From NCBI GenBank assembly GCA_050633305.1, contig JBOEGF010000021.1, forward strand, positions 50,496-114,495: a stretch of 64,000 nucleotides of DNA, given 5' to 3'. Origin of the DNA: Nannocystales bacterium (GTDB lineage Bacteria > Myxococcota_A > Polyangia > Nannocystales > Nannocystaceae). The notes under the pieces are model-generated. The model did no database searches. It was not told the DNA's origin and saw nothing but the letters and a program-made list of their open reading frames with translations. Positions 57,964-64,000 of the stretch are shown piece by piece; positions within the stretch are counted from its first letter, which is position 1, and each line of letters opens with the position of its first letter. A program made the position numbers and the translations under genes.

Positions 57964-58158
57964 GAAGCCCGCCGTTTGACACGATCTGCCGCAGATCGCC
58001 ATGGCGCGTCGAGCGCGGGCCCATAAACAGCGGTTTCTTGCCGTTCATGTGAGATCAGATCCTCAATACAAGGCCCACATTGTCTCGCTACCCAGCTTGA
58101 CCGGGCTCGCCGCGACCGCTACCTTCGCGCACCCTTTCGCCAGGCCAGATAAGATCAG

Positions 58159-58416
58159 ATGTCCGTTCGACTCCGACTCGCCCGTGGCGGCGCCAAGAAG
58201 CGCCCCTTCTACCGTATTGTTGCCGCTGACACTCGCTCCCCGCGAGACGGCCGCTTCCTCGAGAAGCTTGGCACGTACAACCCCAACACCGATCCCTCCA
58301 CGGTTGAGCTGAACATGCCTCGCGTGGAGTACTGGATGGGCAACGGCGCTCAGCCCAGCGAGACCGTCGCTCGACTGATCAAGAACCTCGGCTCCGCCGA
58401 GGACAAGAAAGAATAA
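58159..58416 (+). CDS. rpsP: 30S ribosomal protein S16
   Basis: [42 protein letters not shown]. Confidence 0.98.
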   Translation: MSVRLRLARGGAKKRPFYRIVAADTRSPRDGRFLEKLGTYNPNTDPSTVELNMPRVEYWMGNGAQPSETVARLIKNLGSAEDKKE

Positions 58417-58595
58417 AGCGCTTATAGCGCAACCCCTGCCGTCTCGGCGAAGGGTACTGGAACGGGCGTTTGGCAGAAATTGTTGTTTTGCCGGCGCCCG
58501 TTTCGTGTGGGATGATCCGTATCTACGCGGCAAACCCCTTTCCCGCTCTGCTACGTCCCTGAGGACGTATCGCTACGCTGCCGCTGGAGCTCCTC

Positions 58596-58844
58596 ATGTC
58601 TTCCACCATTTCGCTGAAAGAACTCATCGAGTTCATCGCGCGGTCCCTCGTCGACAAGCCCGACGACGTCCATGTCGATGAAATCTCTGGTGAACAAACC
58701 GTAGTCCTCGAACTGCGCGTCGCCAAAGAAGACCTTGGCAAGGTGATCGGCAAGCAAGGCCGCACCGTCAAGGCGATGCGCGCGATCCTGAGCGCTGCTG
58801 CGTCCAAGCTTCGCAAGCGCGCTGACCTCGAGATCATCGAGTAA
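58596..58844 (+). CDS. khpA: KH-domain RNA-binding protein (KhpA/YlqC)
   Basis: LVDKPDDV...[17 protein letters not shown]; syntenic between rpsP and rimM. Confidence 0.93.
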   Translation: MSSTISLKELIEFIARSLVDKPDDVHVDEISGEQTVVLELRVAKEDLGKVIGKQGRTVKAMRAILSAAASKLRKRADLEIIE

Positions 58845-58892
58845 TCCACCCCGCGCTCCCGCTTCGAGCTTGGGAGTGTGCGCGAGTCGATC

Positions 58893-59519
58893 ATGACGAG
58901 TCGGACCACTGGCCCATCGGGGACCAGCCAAACAACTGAATCCGAAACCTCCGGCCGGCTGTCCGTCGGGTTCGTGTTGGGCGCCCATGGTGTGCGTGGC
59001 ACGGCGCGCTTGCAGTTGTTCGACGGTGGTTCGCACGCGCTCAAGCAAGGCGTCGAGTTGGTGCTCGTGCATCGTGAGACCAAAGCCGTTGTCGCGCGCA
59101 AGGTCTTGAACAAGGTCTCGATGATTCCGGGCAAGCCCATCGCGCGGGCGGACCTCGAAGGTGTCGATTCCCGCGAGGCCGTCGAGACGATTCGCGGGCT
59201 CACGATCGAGGTCGAGCGAGACGTTTTACCGGACCTCGAAGATGACGAGTTCTACCTCGTCGATGCGATCGGCCTGCCTGTCGAACGCGTTCTCGAGGAC
59301 GGCACGGTTCAGTCCTTGGGCAAGGTGGTCGCGATCACGACCAACGGCGCGCAGGACTTGTTCGAGATCGAGTTCTTTGGAGAACGCGGCAGAGCACGGC
59401 GATGGCTGATCCCGGTGATCCCGGGCTTCGTCAAAGACGTCGACGACAAACGTGTCTTGGTCGATCCGCCTCTAGGGCTGCTTCCAGAAGCCCTAGAGCC
59501 CGAGTCCCCCGAATCCTGA
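58893..59519 (+). CDS. rimM: Ribosome maturation factor RimM
   Basis: VGFVLGAHGVRG, LPDLEDDEFYLVDAIGL, LIPVIPGFVKDVD; synteny. Confidence 0.92.
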   Translation: MTSRTTGPSGTSQTTESETSGRLSVGFVLGAHGVRGTARLQLFDGGSHALKQGVELVLVHRETKAVVARKVLNKVSMIPGKPIARADLEGVDSREAVETIRGLTIEVERDVLPDLEDDEFYLVDAIGLPVERVLEDGTVQSLGKVVAITTNGAQDLFEIEFFGERGRARRWLIPVIPGFVKDVDDKRVLVDPPLGLLPEALEPESPES

Positions 59520-59540
59520 CATGGACGCCGCGAGGCTGCG

Positions 59541-60854
59541 ATGACCGCCCAGTGCTTCGAAGTCTTCACGCTGTTTCCCGAGGCGGTCGAAGCGTTTGCC
59601 AAGACGGGCTTGCTGGGCAAGGCCGTTGATCGCGGACTGGTCGAAGTCCGCGCGACGAACTATCGGGACTTCACGACCGACAAGCATCGGACGGTCGACG
59701 ACGCTCCGTTCGGCGGCGGTGCGGGCATGGTCATCAAGCCCGAGCCGGTCGTCGACGCGCTCGAGCATGTGCAACGCGAGCGGGGCGCGATGCTCCGGGT
59801 GCTGCTGACGCCCTCCGCCCCCCGCTTCGATCAGCGGACAGCCGAAGCGTTCGCAAAACACGATCGCATCGCGCTTCTTTGCGGTCGCTACGAGGGCATC
59901 GACGATCGGGTCCGCGAGAACTTCGTCGACGTGTGCATCTCGCTCGGAGACTTTGTGCTCAACGGTGGCGAGGTCGCAGCGCTGGCGATCGTCGAGGCCG
60001 TCTCGCGGCTGCGAGAGGGCGTTCTTGGCAACCCCGAGTCAGCCCGGACGGAGTCTTTTGCGACCGCAGAGCGAGGCTCCTATCTCGAGCACCCTCAGTA
60101 CACGCGACCGAAGTCGTTTCGCGGGCACGAGGTCCCCGCGGTCTTGCTCGGCGGAAACCATGAGGCCATCGCGGGATGGCGACTCGAGCGGGCTCGTGCG
60201 CGCACGTTCCAGCTGCGCCCCGAGCTTCGACAGGTCGAGCCCTTGCCGAAGTCGTGCGAGCTGCACGTCGCCATCCCGGCCTCGGCCGAGCCGTCGGCGG
60301 AGTATGTCGACGTGTTGCGTGCCCATGGCGTCACGGCGCTGGTCGTCCTCGGTGGTGATCCCTCCGCGGTCCTGCCGTGGGTGGAGGCCACGCAGGGCCG
60401 TCTGTCGGTGGCTGGGTTCGCCAGTCTCAAGCAGCTCCGACGTCGTTTGCGACAGCGCCACGGGCGCAACCCCGCGACTGTGGCGATCGCGCGCCCCCAG
60501 GATCTGTCTTCCGACCCCCCTGGGGATCGGCCCAGAGATCCCGCGCCGTCCTCCGATCCCGCGTGGGTGCTCGATATCCTGCGTGCCGCAGATGCAACGA
60601 CGCCGGCCAGCCTGATCGTCGTTGCGGGTCTCAACCCCTGGGGAGTGGACGCAACAGCCGTCTACGCCCCTTCAGGACCCGAGACCGCCCCAGCCGCACC
60701 TCCTGAAGGAAAAGGTGCGCAAACCCAAGATCAAATCCTTGCAACCGGCCCAGGGATCGAGGACTCTTCGCGCCCGCCCGCGCTGACGATCCTAGATCGT
60801 GGCCTTGCAGGACTCCTCCCTCCGACAGACACGCGACAGACAAGCGACGGATAG
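59541..60854 (+). CDS. trmD: tRNA (guanine37-N1)-methyltransferase with ~200-aa C-terminal extension
   Basis: [51 protein letters not shown]. Confidence 0.95.
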   Translation: MTAQCFEVFTLFPEAVEAFAKTGLLGKAVDRGLVEVRATNYRDFTTDKHRTVDDAPFGGGAGMVIKPEPVVDALEHVQRERGAMLRVLLTPSAPRFDQRTAEAFAKHDRIALLCGRYEGIDDRVRENFVDVCISLGDFVLNGGEVAALAIVEAVSRLREGVLGNPESARTESFATAERGSYLEHPQYTRPKSFRGHEVPAVLLGGNHEAIAGWRLERARARTFQLRPELRQVEPLPKSCELHVAIPASAEPSAEYVDVLRAHGVTALVVLGGDPSAVLPWVEATQGRLSVAGFASLKQLRRRLRQRHGRNPATVAIARPQDLSSDPPGDRPRDPAPSSDPAWVLDILRAADATTPASLIVVAGLNPWGVDATAVYAPSGPETAPAAPPEGKGAQTQDQILATGPGIEDSSRPPALTILDRGLAGLLPPTDTRQTSDG

Positions 60855-60862
60855 GCGACGCC

Positions 60863-61372
60863 ATGAGCAACAGCATTCCAGCCATCGAGGCCATCGAGCG
60901 AACAGAGAAGCGACACGAGCTTCCCATGTTCCGCGCCGGTGACACCATCCGTGTTCACGCCCTCATCTCCGAGGGAAACAAGGAGCGCATCCAGGTCTTC
61001 GAAGGCGTTTGCATCCATCGCAAGCGCGGTGGCGGTCGCGGGTCCTTCACGGTCCGCAAAGTTTCCAGCTCCCACGGTGTGGGCGTCGAGCGCGTTTGGC
61101 CCGACAACTCCCCCCGCGTGACCAAGGTCGAGCTCGTCACTCGCGGCAAAGTCCGCCGCGCCAAGCTCTACTACCTCCGCGAACTTCGCGGCAACGCAGC
61201 TCGCATCACCTCCAAGCTCGGCAACTACGGCAGCATCCTTGCTCGCCAGGCCGAGAAGCAGGAGCAGGCGAAGACCGCTCAGGCCGAGTCCTCGGTCGAG
61301 GCAGCGGCCGACGCCAAAGCAGCAGCCGCCAAGGCTGAGGCAGCGAAAGCCGCCAAGGCTTCGCAAGACTAG
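60863..61372 (+). CDS. rplS: 50S ribosomal protein L19 with Ala/Lys-rich tail
   Basis: [38 protein letters not shown]. Confidence 0.98.
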   Translation: MSNSIPAIEAIERTEKRHELPMFRAGDTIRVHALISEGNKERIQVFEGVCIHRKRGGGRGSFTVRKVSSSHGVGVERVWPDNSPRVTKVELVTRGKVRRAKLYYLRELRGNAARITSKLGNYGSILARQAEKQEQAKTAQAESSVEAAADAKAAAAKAEAAKAAKASQD

Positions 61373-61394
61373 ACCGTCCGTCTGTTCGGAGAGC

Positions 61395-61433
61395 AAAGCC
61401 GATTCGTAGCGTCTGCTACGGGTCGGCTTTTTT
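61395..61433 (+). terminator. Intrinsic terminator after rplS
   Basis: AAAGCCGATTCGTAGC-GTCT-GCTACGGGTCGGCTTT followed by further T residues (T6 tract). Confidence 0.88.
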
Positions 61434-61508
61434 GTCGTTCGGGGACACTGTCCGTCGGCGGCGGTTTGTCGAGCGCGCGCCGGTCATCGGTGCCAGCCTT
61501 GGCTCAGG

Positions 61509-61892
61509 ATGGAACCCGCTGCGTCGACTCGAGCGCTTGGCCTGCGGGTTGAAGCACGGGTTGCGGAGTACCTGCACGAACGCGGGCTGAGCATCCTCGA
61601 GCGAAACGTCGAGCGAGCCGGCGGGGAGATCGATCTCATCGCACTCGATCTCCGGCTCGACGATCCCGAGTACGTGTTCGTCGAGGTCCGATCTCGGAGT
61701 CGAGTGGATCGGGGCTCACCGCTCGAGACGGTCGGTGTTGCCAAGCAGCGACACGTGGTCCGTGCGGCGACGGCCTGGCTGGTCGAGCGCGACCTTTGGG
61801 AGGCGGTCGCGGTCCGCTTTGACGTTGTGGGCGTCACCATCTCTCCACACCGACTTCGTGTCCGCTGGATACGCGACGCGTACGAAGCCTGA
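61509..61892 (+). CDS. yraN: YraN (UPF0102) family protein
   Basis: GLSILERN...GGEIDLIA...VFVEVRSR...KQRHV...RFDVV...WIRDAY. Confidence 0.9.
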   Translation: MEPAASTRALGLRVEARVAEYLHERGLSILERNVERAGGEIDLIALDLRLDDPEYVFVEVRSRSRVDRGSPLETVGVAKQRHVVRAATAWLVERDLWEAVAVRFDVVGVTISPHRLRVRWIRDAYEA

Positions 61893-61899
61893 ACCAACG

Positions 61900-61939
61900 A
61901 AAAAACGCCCCGCGTCGCGATGACGGGGGCGTTCTTCTT
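61900..61939. terminator. Probable bidirectional terminator between convergent yraN and cglC-like genes
   Basis: A6 run, imperfect stem AACGCCCC...GGGGCGTT, then a T-rich tail. Confidence 0.72.
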
Positions 61940-61955
61940 GGAAGCAGCGCTTCGC

Positions 61956-62615
61956 TTACTTGCAGGCGTCGGGAACGACGAAGGTCTCTTCCTGGCCGGC
62001 CGGAGCCACGCAGCAGCCCTCTTGGCTCGCCGTGGAACACGCCATCTCGATCGTGTCGGACTCGGTCTGGTTCAGGTCGTCCTTGCAGACGCAGAGCTTC
62101 TCGCAGCAGAACTCCCCGAGGGTCTGGATTCGAGCGCAGGTGAAGCCAGACTGGCAAGACGTGTCGTCCACGACGACCTGCTGGGTGATCCCCGCGCTTT
62201 GGCAGTCCGCGTCGCTGCTGCACTTCTTCGAGCACATCGAGCGCTCGAGGACGTACTGGTTGCGGAGCCTGCAGACTCCCGTGCTGAGGTCTTCGCCCGA
62301 GGCGACACACTCGAACCGGGTCCGGGTGTTGTCCGCCTGGTTGCAGGTCGCGTCACCTTCGGTGCCCACCGTGCAGGCAAACTCGGGTGCTTTTTCCTCA
62401 TCCGCGTAGACGCACAGGAGCTCATCGCAGCTGAGGGCCGGGAAGGTGACGAGCTTCGACTCCGGCGGCGTGACGCGGCCGTGGTTGCACGGCGCCCCGA
62501 CGTCGCCCTTGGGGCAAGCCGTTAGAGCGGGCGCGATGCACAGCACGCCCAGGGTCATGGCGACACTGCGAAGCCACTGGAGCGGGAGACGACGGAACGT
62601 ATCGTTCGTTTGCAT
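61956..62615 (-). CDS. Cys-rich lipoprotein resembling gliding motility lipoprotein CglC
   Basis: Lipobox LTAC; VGAPC...TFPALSCDELLCV...CSKKC pattern; divergent from a GltC-like gene. Confidence 0.6.
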   Translation of the reverse strand: MQTNDTFRRLPLQWLRSVAMTLGVLCIAPALTACPKGDVGAPCNHGRVTPPESKLVTFPALSCDELLCVYADEEKAPEFACTVGTEGDATCNQADNTRTRFECVASGEDLSTGVCRLRNQYVLERSMCSKKCSSDADCQSAGITQQVVVDDTSCQSGFTCARIQTLGEFCCEKLCVCKDDLNQTESDTIEMACSTASQEGCCVAPAGQEETFVVPDACK

Positions 62616-63324
62616 GTTGGCTCTCGGGGGCAGTCGGCAGTCGAGTTGCCGACATGTCCGGCACCGGGGCATGTGCCCGAGTGAAGGACGGAGCTAGAGA
62701 CAGGAGACGGGGCGCGTCGGGACGACACCTCCGAACCCGCGCCATCGTACACTCCCCGGCCGTGCGGTCAAGTGCATCAGAAGGGCAGTAGCACGGTGTT
62801 CCGATCTCCTTCCTGTGTTGCCCCAAACGCCGTGGGGCAGGGTGGGATGCGAGGCTTGCTGACCCACGTGCAGTGAAAGAACTGTAAAGAAGCTTCCGCT
62901 GCTGGGGCGACGGATCACCGTTCTTTCCGTGTGTGTCTCGCGCTCCAGCGGCTGGCCTCGGCCGGCCCAACTCGCCCGCAGGCCCGAACCGGCGCCGATC
63001 CGCGGGGGATGGGAACCCGCATCGTCGGGTCCGCGTGACACGAGCGCTGTGGTTCGAGGAGTCCGCGATCTCACCGGCCGATCAAAACTGCGAAAAGCGC
63101 CGGCTAGCCGTCGCTTGGCGGCGGATGTGCGGTGTTGCGACGTAGCGCCGGCCACTGGTAATGTCCAGCCGCGTCGAACCGGGGGGGTTCCTACCCAGGT
63201 CCCCCCACGACACCGAACGAAGGCTCCTCGTGCCTTGTTCGACCGTCGGAGCCCGACCCGCTCCGGTTCCCGCTCCAGTCAAGGTCTGGCCCTAGGCCAG
63301 CTCCACACTCGAACCGAAATCCTC

Positions 63325-64000
63325 ATGTCCAAGAAGACCTCGCGCAGGTACACGACGTCCCTCTTGTCCTCTCGCCTCAGCATCATGCTGGGCCTTGCTC
63401 TCGCCTTCTCGGCGACGAGCGCGAGCGCGTCCTTCGATGGACCGCCGCCGCCGCCGGATCCTGGTGGCCCCGCAGGTGGTGGTGCGCCCCCGGCTCCCGA
63501 CGCCGGTGCTCCGCCTCCGCCGCCCGCGGCGCCAGCACCGTCGGCCACCGCAGGTGGATCCAACGCTCAGGGCGAGGCTCTCTATAAGGCGGAGGACTAT
63601 CAGGCTTCCGCGATCCAGTTCTACAAGGTCGCCGCCGCAGAAATCCCCGGAGACCAACCGCGCGCCCAGTACTGGCTTGGCAAGGCCCTGTACAAGCTCG
63701 AGTTCTACTCGGCATCGCTTTCGGTCTTCGACGAGATCGTGCAGGCCGGCCCCGCGCACCCGTTCCACAAGCTCACCCTTCCTTGGCTCGCTTCGCTCTC
63801 TCGCGAGCTGCCCGAGGGTGCCGAGGTGTTGCAGAAGATCGGTACGTACAAGCCCACCGACCTCGAAGACGAGGACTTCGATGAGGTGCGGGACGAGCTG
63901 TACTACCTGCTGGGTCGCTTCCACTACCAGAAGGGCGATCTCCCGCAGTCGATCGCGCTTCTGGAGCAGGTCCCCAAAAACTCCGACTACTACATCCCGT
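63325..64000 (+). CDS. gltC: GltC-like TPR protein of the gliding motility machinery (partial, runs off the window)
   Basis: Not in the ORF track because it has no stop. Manual translation: MSKKTSRR...signal peptide, Pro-rich linker, ALYKAEDYQASAIQFYKV...AQYWLGKALYKLEFYSASLSVFDEIV...WLASLSRELPE...DELYYLLGRFHY. Confidence 0.75.
   Translation, partial: MSKKTSRRYTTSLLSSRLSIMLGLALAFSATSASASFDGPPPPPDPGGPAGGGAPPAPDAGAPPPPPAAPAPSATAGGSNAQGEALYKAEDYQASAIQFYKVAAAEIPGDQPRAQYWLGKALYKLEFYSASLSVFDEIVQAGPAHPFHKLTLPWLASLSRELPEGAEVLQKIGTYKPTDLEDEDFDEVRDELYYLLGRFHYQKGDLPQSIALLEQVPKNSDYYIP

Noticed and set aside
61373..61508. Absence of rnhB between rplS and yraN, and of ffh upstream of rpsP
   Set aside because: Gene order around this operon varies commonly and no remnant is visible, so it is not informative alone.
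62616..63324. Small ORFs in the cglC-gltC spacer (e.g. 62694-63155)
   Set aside because: Arg/Pro/Ser-rich, weak codon bias and no recognisable motif.

Overview
GC-rich (roughly two-thirds G+C by eye) chromosomal window that looks myxobacterial (Myxococcota, Nannocystaceae-like). The basis is three Hanks-type Ser/Thr kinases, three ECF sigma factors, many Cys-rich lipoproteins with Ser/Thr/Gly linkers, and cglC/gltC-like gliding genes. It holds about 60 CDS, including a core rimO / rpsP-khpA-rimM-trmD-rplS-yraN block and an Rne/Rng gene. I found no rRNA, tRNA, CRISPR array or transposase. The most notable items are: (1) a ~1700-aa SLC12/CCC-type cotransporter fused to a P-loop NTPase, translationally coupled to an MscS gene; (2) a rearranged aryl-polyene-like (ape) cluster that lacks apeC/H/K/O/P, with a visible breakpoint near 45788 that also removes the start of the neighbouring gene; (3) a membrane-anchored ECF sigma-TPR fusion with a duplicated CCGATCCA-N12-GCCGGAGAAG motif in front of its own gene and the next gene; (4) a lipoprotein + TPR/C-terminal-Phe protein + Ser/Thr kinase module that occurs twice; (5) many TAnnnT boxes 6-9 nt before start codons, suggesting leaderless mRNAs; (6) an ACP-FAAL-acyltransferase fusion, a PAS pseudokinase and a TrmD with a decayed second domain. 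All family calls come from motif recognition by eye; no database searches were run.
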